From Felis catus (taxonomy: Eukaryota), in assembly GCF_018350175.1 (NCBI RefSeq), contig NC_058368.1:83392001-83456000 (forward strand): a stretch of DNA of 64,000 nucleotides, read 5' to 3'. Below the pieces are notes generated by a model. It searched no databases. It saw only the letters and a list, made by a program, of their open reading frames with translations, and was not told the DNA's origin. Positions 53,270-64,000 of the stretch are shown here, piece by piece (the stretch's first letter is position 1; each line of letters opens with the position of its first letter). A program made the position numbers and the translations under genes.

Positions 53270-53822
53270 CCTGCTTTCTCTATTTTCTGTGTTGAGTCCA
53301 GCCTCAGCAGAGCAAAGTGATCTTAACCTATATCAAAACAGGTCAACTCCTGCTCAAAGCTCTACCATAAAACTTTATATTTCACTTTAAGGCCCACCAT
53401 ATTGTAACAGTTTCACCCTTTGAAGCCATTGCCTGCTTTTTCCAGTGTATTTGCTCTGGTACTGCAAATCCCATGTGACCCCCTTGTTGATCCTTTGTCC
53501 CCTCTCTGGGGTAGCCTCCAGTCCATAGCTTTTGTCTCTGCTGTCACCCTGGGCTGGATCTCTTCCCTATAGCTGTGACTGACACCCTCATGTCTTTCAG
53601 GGCTTTGCCTAAAGCCCACTTTGTTAGGACTAGATGGCTATTGTTTGCACATTCCTTCATACTACTTAGCATATATATTCATTACATTTTGTGTTTGTCT
53701 CCTGTCACTGACAGAAAGTTCAATATGAGCAAGGCTGTTGCCTATTTTGTTTCCTGAGTGCTTTTAGAATATAAATGAATGACTGGCACCTTGTAAATGT
53801 TTGTTGAATATTTAAATAAATA
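53270..53822 (+). mobile_element. L2 3' end
   Basis: actcctgctcaaagctctaccat...tggcacc..aaatgtttgttgaata resembles the L2 terminus. Confidence 0.65.
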
Positions 53823-53889
53823 ATTGTTAAACATATACAGTTTACTAAAATGCAAATTGCTTTTTTTTTCTTTTTGCCCTTTAAGTGAT

Positions 53890-54108
53890 TCTTTTCTTTT
53901 TCTTAATGTTTATTTATTTTTTTTGAGAGAGAGAGAGAGAGAGAGAAAGAGCTAAGGAGGGGCAGAGAGAGAGGGAGAGATAAATTCCAAGCAGGCTTCA
54001 CACTGTCAGCACAGAGCCTAATGTGGGGCTCAAACTCAGGAACTAGGAGATCACAGCCTGAGCTGAAAATCAAGAGTCAGACACTTAACCAACTGAGCCA
54101 CCCACATG
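53890..54108 (-). mobile_element. CanSINE
   Basis: aatgtttatttatttt, (GA)n, cttaaccaactgagccaccca. Flanked by gtgattc on both sides. Confidence 0.9.
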
Positions 54109-54779
54109 GGTGATTCATTTCTTGTAGAATTTCCTTAAAATCCACCTGAATATGATCTATAAAATGTGCTAAAGGAAAAATAAAAAGAAATTAAATGTCA
54201 GGCCCTCGTGTTTATCTTCAATCCAAAATAAACTTGCCATAAGAGAGGATCTACCTACATTCTCTAATAAGAAACAGTTCTAGAAACCAAAATGTTTCAC
54301 AAGTTTCTAGGATAAAACAGCAATAGGAATTTTACATCTTAATCATTGAGGTTTCACACATACAAATTTGAGATAAACACTCTTAGTGACTTAAAATCAA
54401 TATAGTATTTTGGACAAAGTCAGCAGCATAATTTTTCAGCAAGCAAAGAACTCACCACTTTCTATCCTTTTTGAATCTGCCTACGTTGTAACAGTACTTC
54501 ATTTGATTTTGTACCAATTATTTTGTACAAGATAACTGTAACTGCAGATGTCATTATCCATCCATGGGTTGTATTGTGGATGTTGCTAATTTAATTTGAA
54601 CTCACCTAGGTTACACAGGCAAAAGGTCAGAAAATCATGAGTGTGTTTTTGTAGCAGTAATTTGCACCTGTCTCCTATTATCAGAAAAAAAAACTGTCTT
54701 AAAACAGGCCTCTATTAATTTTGTATTTTATTAAACTTAACAATATGATATATTTAACTTACTGTTAAATAAAACCAAT

Positions 54780-55245
54780 TGTACTAGGCAGAATAATGTC
54801 CTCACCCCACTCATGGATCCCTATCCTAATTCCCAGACTATGAATATGTTGCTTTATTTGACAAAACATATTTTGCAGATGTGATTAAGGTGAGATTATT
54901 CTGGAACGTCCTGTTGTACCCAATGCAAGCACAAGGGTCCTTATACGAGGGAAGGAGAAAAGAGGAAGGAAGAAACTAGAGGAGATGTGATATTATGAAT
55001 ACAGGTCCAAATGATTCAAACACTGGTATTGAAGATGAAGAGGACCATGATGAGAAGGATTCAGTGGTCTCTAGAATCTGAAAAATGCTAGAAAAATGGA
55101 TTTCCTCTATGGCCTTCAGAAATGAGTGTATCCCTTAGCCTAATGTGACCAAATTTTGACTTGTGACCTCCAGAATTATAAGATTATAAATTTGTGTCAT
55201 TTAAAGCCACTGAGTTAGTGGTAATTTGATACAGTAGCCACACCA
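54780..55245 (+). mobile_element. MaLR LTR (MLT1-like)
   Basis: tgtactaggcagaataatg..tttgcagatgtgattaagg..gacctccagaattataagattataaatttgtgtcatttaaagccact. Confidence 0.8.
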
Positions 55246-55299
55246 ATAAGTAGTTTTATCATCTTTTAAACATAAGTATAATTGAAGCATGTTCCTAAT

Positions 55300-55500
55300 A
55301 ACAAATTAGCCAGTACCCATGCAGTGTTTACTTTGTGCCAGGCATCTCTCCACATGTTTTAGTGTTTTGATGTAGCCACTTTTCACAACACATCTATGGA
55401 GTCAGTTACTATAATTATCACTATTTTTCAGTTGGAGAAACTGAGGCACAGGAAGTACAACTGGTAGAGGAGCAGGACTTTGTTTTTCACACTCTCCACA
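55300..55500. mobile_element. MIR
   Basis: tttactttgtgccaggca...ttttcagttggagaaactgaggcacag MIR core. Confidence 0.7.
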
Positions 55501-56259
55501 GTTATACTCAACTGACCATAAATGCACAATATCCTCTTTATCATATGTTAAATCGACAATTGTCTAAGACAAGTCAAATTAATATGGGCTGTAAAACCAG
55601 AATCACATTCAAAAAGTTTTGAATTTCTGGTCAAAGTTGTCAACAAACTTACAAAATAACAAATAAAATTATTACTTTCAGAAATATAAAGTGCTAACTC
55701 CTGGGCAATCTCTAAGCATCACACGTTTGCCTGTAGTTGTCTGATTTCCTATGTTGAGGTACACACACATAAACAAAAGTCCCCAGAGAATGTAAGCCAG
55801 GAAAGATCCTCCAAACACCAGACTCATACATTTCACTTCTGAATATTCACTTCTGAGGGTAACTTCTTAGCTCCAAGCAGACATAAAATAATGACCCATC
55901 CAATAGTCCTACTCCCAGTCTTTCACCAGTATAACCACTACTACATATACAGCCCTGTAAAGATGACACCATATTTCCTTTTGAGGATCCATATTTAAAA
56001 GAAATCTTCTATAATGTGTGTCAGAGGGAAGTGGCAGGGTTAACTCAGGAATAAATTACCAGTGAGGACGAAACTATTAAAATTGAATGAAAAATAAACA
56101 ACAAAGACATTTCAAAAATTACATGGAGATGTGAACCTAATTTAACTCATCGTGGCCTAAACTCAAATGTTACTAAGGAAAGCTTGCCAACGGTTTACAA
56201 ATCTAAAACCATGAGTTAAATTATCAAGTTTTTAAAATATAATTTTCCTCTTCTACTAT

Positions 56260-56318
56260 ATAGATAGAAAGAAAGATAGATGATAGATAGATGATAGATG
56301 ATAGATAGATAGATAGAT
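56260..56318. repeat. (GATA)n microsatellite
   Basis: Direct reading. Confidence 0.9.
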
Positions 56319-56365
56319 ATGCTCCTAAATTGAGAGGCATGATCATTCTTTAAAACAACATTTTA

Positions 56366-56485
56366 GGGGTGCCTGTCTGTCTCAGTTGGTGGAGCATGCC
56401 ATCCCAGAGTCATGAGTTTGAGCTCCACATAGGGTATGGAGCCTACTTAAGAAAATTGTAAAAACAAAATTAAAAAAAATAATAA
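56366..56485 (+). mobile_element. Short old CanSINE
   Basis: ggggtgcctgtctgtctcagttggtggagcatg...gagcctacttaa followed by an A tail. Confidence 0.8.
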
Positions 56486-58039
56486 AATATTTAAAAAGAG
56501 ATGTAAAGTAAAATGCAAGCTCTGCAAAAAGACCTCAGTAATGTTTTGGTTATGTCTAACTTAATATATCACTTTCTTAAACCAAAACCTATCTATGGGT
56601 GGAGGTACTTTGAGAGCTTCCCACAGTTGAATTAGGTCATTAGTTCAATAAAAACAGACATTTTTATATGATTATTCTCTCCTTGAATATGATCAGAGTT
56701 AGTTATTAAGCTCAATATCATTGGAAAATCAACACGTTCTCAACCTCTGTTTCCCACCAGGTGGTCCCTTCTGGAATTTGTTGGTGAATCCATAAAAACA
56801 ACTCCCACCACTTCCCCCTTTGAATATATATGACACTGTGCACCTGGTGTTACCTTCCTCTAATTTGTGTGTTGTGTGAGGATATAAAATGTGAAATTTT
56901 TGGTCTGATGGTGGACATCTGGGAAGTGGATGCCCAAAGTTATATGGTTAGAACTTAAGCTTGACTCACTATGACTCTTCCTTACAGTATGAGCAGAAGG
57001 AAACTTCCTCAACAGGCTAGATGTTCACAGCACTGGCTATATTCTTTTCTGCTGCATGGGCCCCAGTGTGTATAAATGAAGTTTGAGCTTGCAATCTCAT
57101 TAAATTTTGAGCCTCTAGTTGAAGCTGGTCTGTATCAACATTGAGTATCAAGATGGGGTGCTCATAAATTTCTGCTGAGAGTGGGAGTAGGTATCATCTT
57201 TGTTTGAGAAAGCACCAGTCCAATAATAGGATCTTAAAAGTAATGTGTATAAACTATGCTTACAGGATATTTTGTATAGAAATCAAGAGATAAATAGGCA
57301 ACATTTAAAAGTTTTCATCTTGGTCTTGTTTGCAATAGTAAGAAAGAAGAAGAAATTTAAGCATCTGCAGTTGGACACACAAATAATTTGTTTTAATATT
57401 ATAATGTGTAATAGAATTTCAAGCAACCATTGGAATGTAAGGTGGATCTATAATCATTAGCATGGTATGACAGTTTTATTGTATTCTTAAGTGAAAAATG
57501 TGGCACATTTACAATTTCCTTATCATATATATGTATGTATATGAATCATATATGTGATAAGTAGATATGTATATATATGTATATGCACATATATAACGAT
57601 AGTTTATTGTGCATATATGTGTGTATATATTATGCACATATAGCACACATTTATAACATATATACATATATGTAATTATGAAATAAATCCAAGTTTTCAC
57701 TAATGGTGCACATTCAAGTGACATCAGTTTTTTCTGGAAAACATTTTTTGTCTTCTTACAAGTAGAGATTATATGTATAAAAAGAGATCCCTTTAAGGAT
57801 AATTTCAAAGGATGAGCTTCCTAGTCCAAACGTGGGCAATTAATACATATAATTTTCCACATTTCAATCTTTAAATATTTGGAGGATGACTGAGCTACCA
57901 TAAACTTACACCAGAATCCTGCCCATATCTACTTCCGAATCTGAAAACAAAATTCATCAGATTGTTCTCAACTCTTAAGTCCCATACTACAAGATGCCAT
58001 CTGAAGCAAATCGTTATGGTCTTAAAATGTGTACGTCAG

Positions 58040-58255
58040 GGGGTGCCTGGGGTGGCTCAGTCGGTTGAGCGTCCGACTTCGGCTCAGGTCATGATCTCGT
58101 GGTCCATGAGTTCAAGCCCCGCGTCGGGCTCTGTGCTGACAGCTCAGAACCTGGAGCCTGTTTCAGATTCTGTGTCTCCCTCTCTCTCTGACCCTCCCCG
58201 TTCATGCTCTGTCTCTCTGTCTCAAAAATAAATAAACGTTAAAAAAAACATTAAA
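58040..58255 (+). mobile_element. Felid CanSINE
   Basis: Near-consensus element. TSD aaaatgtgtaYgtYag at 58024-58039 and 58256-58271. Confidence 0.95.
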
Positions 58256-60928
58256 AAAATGTGTATGTTAGTTTTTGTAGGCTACATTCAGAGTGACTCA
58301 CTAACATGCACATATCAAAAAACTCAGAAAATATAATGTTTAAATACATAGTGTATTAGAAAATTTAAAAAATTAACAAATACATACAAAAGAATATCCA
58401 GAAATAATCTAGACTTAGCATTGGTGTAAACAATTCCAATTTGCTAGTTTAAGTTTCCCAGTTTTCTATGATGACTTCAAACTCTAAGATGCCACTTTAC
58501 CCATTACTCCTGATGTAGTTTAATCTGATCCTTACACAGAATCTGTACCTCAAATGGCCTGGGCAAAAGACCAGCATCCGCCACTTAATAGCTATGTGAC
58601 CCCAGGGAAGTCACTCCTCAAGTTCCTCATTGGCCAGCAGAGCCTCAGAGCAGCCCTTGTCCTGAGAATTATTCTGGAGTCTGTGTAAGACTCTTGTAAC
58701 AGTGCTGGAAACATAATAATATTATCAAAGTATTGACTATAAATTGTAGGATCTTCTCTTACTGAAAGCAAATAACTCTCCATTTTGGTAACGGTGAAAA
58801 AATAAAACAGGCCTCAGAGTAAGAAAACAATATTAATTTCTGAATTTTAAGATTTCCAGTAGCTAGCCTTGTTTTAGTCACTTAAATCTCTTTACCCTAA
58901 TTTTCCCTATATTTAAGGCAGATATGATAGTAAAAATTATTATAAATCATGTAAATTTTAGATGATAATTTTAAGATTGTAAGAACCTTTATTTTAAATA
59001 AATAATAGTATTGGACAAGTATCTATCTTAATATTCAAGCCATGTATTAAATGCACAGCATATGCTGTAACGTTGTTCTTAAAAATCTCAAAGACTTTTA
59101 CAATCTTTCAAATTAGAAAAGACCATTGTGTTCAGGCAGCTCTGAGTTCAGTTAAATTTATTAGTCTTTATCTCATGAAAGAAGATTCCCCCATACGTTA
59201 TTTAGAGAGGCAAGGAAGCAGCTGTCTCTACTGCTGCTTCATCAGTCTTGAAAAACTAAGGTCTGAATTTAACTATATTTAAACATGTTTCCTGATTTTA
59301 TCTTTCTGTGTTTATTAGATACTTATTAAAATCAATACTCATTGCAGTTAAATGCTAGAAATTCAGGAGAAGATCACTTTTGCTATCAACAGAAATGTGT
59401 AATCCTAAACCTCATTTTAACGTCTAAGTTTCCATTAAATGGAAGCATCTTTAGTCTCCACAACTGAGCAAATGCCTACCTATGACACTTAACTCCTGTT
59501 TGCTCAAAAGGAAAATGGTTATCTATGACAAATCTAGAAAAAGCCAATTATAGTGTAATAAAACAAGCTTAAAAATCTAATCAAAGAAAATGAAATAAAG
59601 CAACATGGAATAATCAAGTGTTGATACTATAGGTATGGATTTATCACCTTTATATTCTTAACTAATTGTGCAAACCAAGGTGATATAGTAGAACAGAAAC
59701 TTTAAATATTTTCTTAAAATTTAAGCCTTGTAATTTTAAAAGAGAAATCACTGACATATTTGATAAATATTTGGCAAAATCATGGTAAGTATGCAAGTTT
59801 AACATAATCTATATTTAACACAATACAAAATGAAAAGAAAAAGCAATGTGTGTATATACACACACATATATAATACTTCACTAACTGTTATGAAGAGGCC
59901 TTTTGTTTTAGTTAAATAGTATCTCAATGCCATGAAATTATACATTGCAATTGTTCTGCCTCGTGAAAATAACTTCTTTACACAGTCCGTATCTGAAGTT
60001 TTAAACGTTTTGTTTTCATACTGTTATCAGACCTACTGGCAGGAATTTGTCCAAACTGAGAAGTCTAACTTGTAAGGATGTACCACAGAAGAGGCCTGCA
60101 TTCATTTCTCCACACTAAATAACTTCTATTTTTTTTTCTCACTCCTTTATGTCTCAAATCTTCCTGGGTATTTAATAAGTCATTGAAAAGTTAAACTTTA
60201 TACCACCCATTATTTCAATGTTTACATTATATAAATACATATTTTATTTTTTGTGTAAATAAAATAAGTGTGTGGAAGCAAGAGTTCAATTAATTTCATG
60301 TCCATATCCCTCACCTGTAGAAAGATATCAGGGAGGGCATGACTGCCCTTCAACATGCATCATCAGGTCCTTGGTAGACAGACTACCTGGTATCTAACAG
60401 AAAATGAACATGGGTTTTAACAACATATCACTCTCAGAGGAATTTTCCCCCAGTTTATCATTAGGATTAATGAGCTGGGAGCTGCTCATTGTGCAGCATG
60501 CTCCTCTTCTTTGGAAATTGCTTACCAACTAATGGCAAGGTTTGACACCAAAACACAAGGAAAACATCAGAAGACATGGTTCTAAGGCTCCCATCTGTCT
60601 CTTGCTAGGAAGAGGGAATAATTTGCTCTGAACATCAGTTTCTCTATCTCACATGGGGTTAATTACTTCTGTAAATACTTGGTAGGACTTAGGGCAAATC
60701 AATTAAAACCATATAATACATTTAAATATAATATGGAATTTGGAGAATTTTCCCTTAATATTTAACACATAATCTAGAACAGTACTCGGTATGTGCAAGT
60801 ATGCAGTTGTTAAATTTAAAGTTAGTTTTAAATTATAATTTATAATTATATTTCCCAAGTTAATATAATGCATTTTTAATAAATAGGAAAATATAGTTAA
60901 CACAAATTATTTAATATACTAATTTGTT

Positions 60929-61173
60929 GGGGCGCCTGGGTGGCGCAGTCGGTTAAGCGTCTGACTTCAGCCAGGTCACGATCTCGCGGTCCGTGAGTTC
61001 GAGCCCCGCGTCGGGCTCTGGGCTGATGGCTCAGAGCCTGGAGCCTGTTTCCGATTCTGTGTCTCCCTCTCTCTCTGCCCCTCCCCCGTTCATGCTCTGT
61101 CTCTCTCTGTCCCAAAAATAAATAAACGTTGGAAAAAAAAATTTTAAAAATAAAAAATAAAAAAATAAAATAA
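60929..61173 (+). mobile_element. Very young felid SINE (SINEC_Fc type)
   Basis: Most CpGs intact, long A-rich tail. Perfect 16-bp TSD aatatactaatttgtt at 60913-60928 and 61174-61189. Confidence 0.97.
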
Positions 61174-61424
61174 AATATACTAATTTGTTAACATTACTGG
61201 GGAGAAAATCTGTGAGCATATGTTTTAAGTGAGGGCAAAGTATACAGACCATATGTATAATTTTTAATTAAATTACATTTAAGTTTCATACAATAGAAAA
61301 GTACAAAAATTAGAAGACACATGATTGATAAATCATCACAGAATAAAAACACAAATGTTTACTAATGTGGGGAATTAGCCTTAGGAAATGTTAGTACACC
61401 TTTTAAGAAATTAAATACAACATT

Positions 61425-61638
61425 GGAACGCCTGAGTGGCTCAGTCAGTTAAGCATCTGACGTCGGCTCAGGTCATGATCTCGCAGTTTTTGAGTTCTAG
61501 CCCCGCGTCGGGCTCTGTGCTGACAGCTCAGAGCCTGGAGTCTGCTTCAGATTCTGTGTCTCCTCTCTCTGCCTCTCCCATGCTCATGCGCTGTCTCTCT
61601 CTGTCTCAATAATAAATAAATATTAGAAAAATTATAAA
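61425..61638 (+). mobile_element. CanSINE
   Basis: SINE head, body and tail. 20-bp TSD aagaaattaaatMcaacatt at 61405-61424 and 61639-61658. Confidence 0.94.
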
Positions 61639-61699
61639 AAGAAATTAAATCCAACATTATACTTATTGAAGTAGCAAAGCAGTAAAGACTAGAAGTATC

Positions 61700-62000
61700 T
61701 AGTACTGCAAATGTGAAGACCCTTGTAGACATCAAGGAACATAAAGATTCATAGAATCATCACACTACAATAGGAACATAATAGTTTCCCAGTACAACTT
61801 CATAAAAATGGATATCTCTGATTTACCCAATAAATAATTCAAAATAATTTTTATAAAAGTGAGTTAAGGGAAGCACAGAAAGATCATTCAATAAAATCAA
61901 GAAAACAATACACAAAGTGAGCTTTTCAAAGATATAAATCATAGAAAAGAGCCAAAGAGAAATTGTGGCTCTGAAGAATACAGTAAATGCAATTAAAAAT
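61700..62000 (+). mobile_element. Old L1 ORF1-like fragment
   Basis: gatttacccaataaataattcaaaataatt..ttcaataaaatcaagaaaacaatacac..ctgaagaatacagtaaatgcaattaaaaattca. Confidence 0.65.
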
Positions 62001-62187
62001 TCAAGTCTGGGATTGTGATGCCTTCTGCTTTGGTTTTCTTTTTGAACATCACTTTGGCTATTCAGGGTCTTTTCTGGTTCCATATAAATTTTAGGATTAT
62101 TTGTTTTATCTCTGTGAAGAATGCTCATGTTGTTTTGATAGGGATTGCATTGAATATGTAGATTGCTTTGGGTAGTATCGCCATTTT
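62001..62187 (-). mobile_element. L1 ORF2 fragment abutting the ERV tail
   Basis: Minus strand aaaatggcgatactacccaaagcaatctac...ggcatcacaatcccagacttga is collinear with 32230-32415. Confidence 0.9.
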
Positions 62188-62202
62188 ATTTTATTTTTTT
62201 TT

Positions 62203-62592
62203 CAATAAATTGGGGTTTTACTTCCCACTTCCATTCCCCATCATTGGAGGTAACACAACTCCAGGCTGCGCAATAGAGGGTTTCAAACCCTCCACATGTG
62301 TGCCTCATCGCCCCCGTCCTAAATCCTGGACATGCATAAAATCCATTTCTACTTATTGATACCCTCCTTTGCAGTTGCCTCCATTTACCTCCTTCCATTT
62401 CTTCTAATGGACTAACTTTTTCTAAATTAAAATATAAATCTGGCCACCAGGTATTTAATGGGGCAGTTCCTAGGGTTTTGTTGTAGATTTCATGAGTCTC
62501 TAAGTAATTTCCCATGTCAAATTATAGGGGGTGTGCAGGTTTGGATTTACAGACAGAATTTGCAGAACAATCAAGAGGAGGGCAAGTACCAT
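62203..62592 (-). pseudogene. env: Truncated, frameshifted gammaretroviral env (signal peptide plus N-terminal SU)
   Basis: ATG at 62592 gives MVLALLLIVLQILSVNPNLHTPYNLTWEIT, then a stop at 62500-62502. A shifted frame continues TWWPDLYF..GFYACPG..CGG..YCAAWSCVTSNDGEWKW, motifs typical of gammaretroviral (PERV-like) SU. Confidence 0.9.
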
Positions 62593-62594
62593 AG

Positions 62595-64000
62595 TTACGG
62601 CTCAGTCCGTTGGCGGCGTAGGGTCAATTTTAAAGGATTGTCCTTAGTCCGATCAACAGTCCAGGTTGCCTTTGAAGGTCCAATGAGGTCTGAGAATGGG
62701 TCCACTGGTTTGGCGTGGGTGTAATGGATCCAGGAGGTGATTCCGTCTACTTTGATGGCCGTAGGCATTGTCAGGATGACCTGGAAGGGTCCTTTCCACC
62801 TGGGTTCCAGAGTCTCCTGCCGATGACATTTGATGGGGACCCAATCCCCCGGTCAGAATTGAGGAATAGGCGGGGGTCCAGTCTCATAAAGTTCTTTTAA
62901 CTTGGGCCATACATCTTCATGGACCCTCTGCAAGGCTTGTAGGGAGAACAAGAGTTCAAGACCATTATCATTCTCAGTTTTGACAAGGTCATCTTTTAGG
63001 TAAGGGATGATGGGGGGTGGTTTACCATGCATTATTTCATAGGGTGTGAGTCTCAGTTTGTATGGGGAGTTACGCACCCTGAACAGAGTGTAGGGGAGAA
63101 GGACTGCTCAATTAGTACCAGTCTCCATGGTCAATTTGGTTAGGGTCTCTTTTAATGTTCTATTCATTCTCTCTACCTGTCCTGAGCTTTGGGGTCGGAA
63201 TGCACAATGTAATTTCCAATCAGCCCCAAGTATGGAAGCCAGTCCCTGACTTACCTTAGAGACGAATGCAGGTCCATTGTCTGACCCTATCATTACTGGA
63301 AAACCATACCTGGGCAGGATTTCTTCTAGGATCTTTTTGGCTACAATCTGTGCCGTTTCATTCTTGGTTGGAAAGGCTTCAGTCCATCCTGAAAAGGTAT
63401 CTACAAAAACTAGCAAATACTTATATCCATATTTTCCTGGTTTTACCTCAGTGAAATCTACTTCCCAATAGGTCCCCGGTCTGCTCCCTCTTTGTCTTAC
63501 CCCTGTTGTCTGAGGATTGCTACTTGCATTGTTGAGTTGGCACACTGTACATTTAGTGACTACTTGATCGACCTTATCAGAGACATTTCTGATTTTTAGT
63601 CCAGTCTGTCTCAGTAAGTCCAACATTCGCCGGGAACCTAAGTGGGTGCTGCGATGGATCCGCTCTAGAACTTGCCATCCTAGTTTATCTGGGAGTATAA
63701 TGCTGCTTTTGGAGTCTCTCCACCAGCCATCTTTGATCCGGGTCATAGGAAGTTTACGCATCCATTGAATGTCGCTTTCTGAATACTCAGGGCTGGGGGG
63801 CAATTCCCGGGGTCCGGGGTCTGGCAGCTGTAGGGTCAGCAATTGTGCTGGGGGCCAAGCTATGTTTTTTTTTTTTTTTTTTTTTTTTTGCAGTCTGATC
63901 GGCCAAATTGTTGCCCCGGGAAACTGGGTTGGTTGTCTTCTGGTGTCCTGGGCAATGCACAATCGCTAGCTTTTTGGGTTCCCATAAGGCTGCTAGCAGG
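62595..64000 (-). pseudogene. pol: Class I (gammaretrovirus-like) ERV pol: RNase H end plus integrase, disrupted; continues past the right edge
   Basis: IVHCPGHQK..GNNLAD (RNase H). HHCC motif HRSTH..CTVC. Catalytic motifs WEVDFTE, GSDNGPAF, GQVERMN. WKGPF and NPLKL near the end. In-frame TGA stops at 63108 and 62853 and a frameshift at an A25 run. Confidence 0.96.

Noticed and set aside
62853..63110. APOBEC3 hypermutation as the cause of the ERV stop codons
   Set aside because: Only one inferred TGG-to-TGA change. The other stop fits CGA-to-TGA CpG decay, and many Trp codons are intact.
63108..63962. 284-aa ORF as an intact or domesticated integrase
   Set aside because: The N-terminus is out-of-frame RNase H sequence with poly-Lys from the A25 run, and the ORF ends at a premature TGA inside the integrase.

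Overview
Felid (cat-family) genomic DNA, judged from near-consensus SINEC_Fc-type tRNA-derived SINEs and young carnivore L1s. The window is part of an OR2T olfactory receptor cluster. It has two intact single-exon OR genes pointing towards each other: an OR2T4/2T5/2T29-like gene at 24023-24997 (+) and a probable OR2T11 ortholog at 50912-51865 (-). Most of the rest is nested LINE-1 sequence of several ages, CanSINEs, L2/MIR relics and two old LTRs. A defective gammaretrovirus-like pol-env fragment runs off the right edge. The main structures read directly from the sequence are: (1) a full-length L1 carrying about 262 bp of non-L1 sequence inside a perfect 15-bp TSD, i.e. an apparent 5' transduction; (2) an ERV segment that stops inside env 14 nt after an AGTAAA signal, carries an A-rich tail and abuts an L1 fragment at a likely L1 endonuclease site, suggesting an L1-made retrocopy of a prematurely polyadenylated ERV RNA; (3) two twin-priming 5'-inverted L1s; (4) a short templated insertion. 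Repeat subfamily names and ortholog calls come from recalled sequences, not database searches. Boundaries of old repeats are approximate. I see no wholly new biological system.
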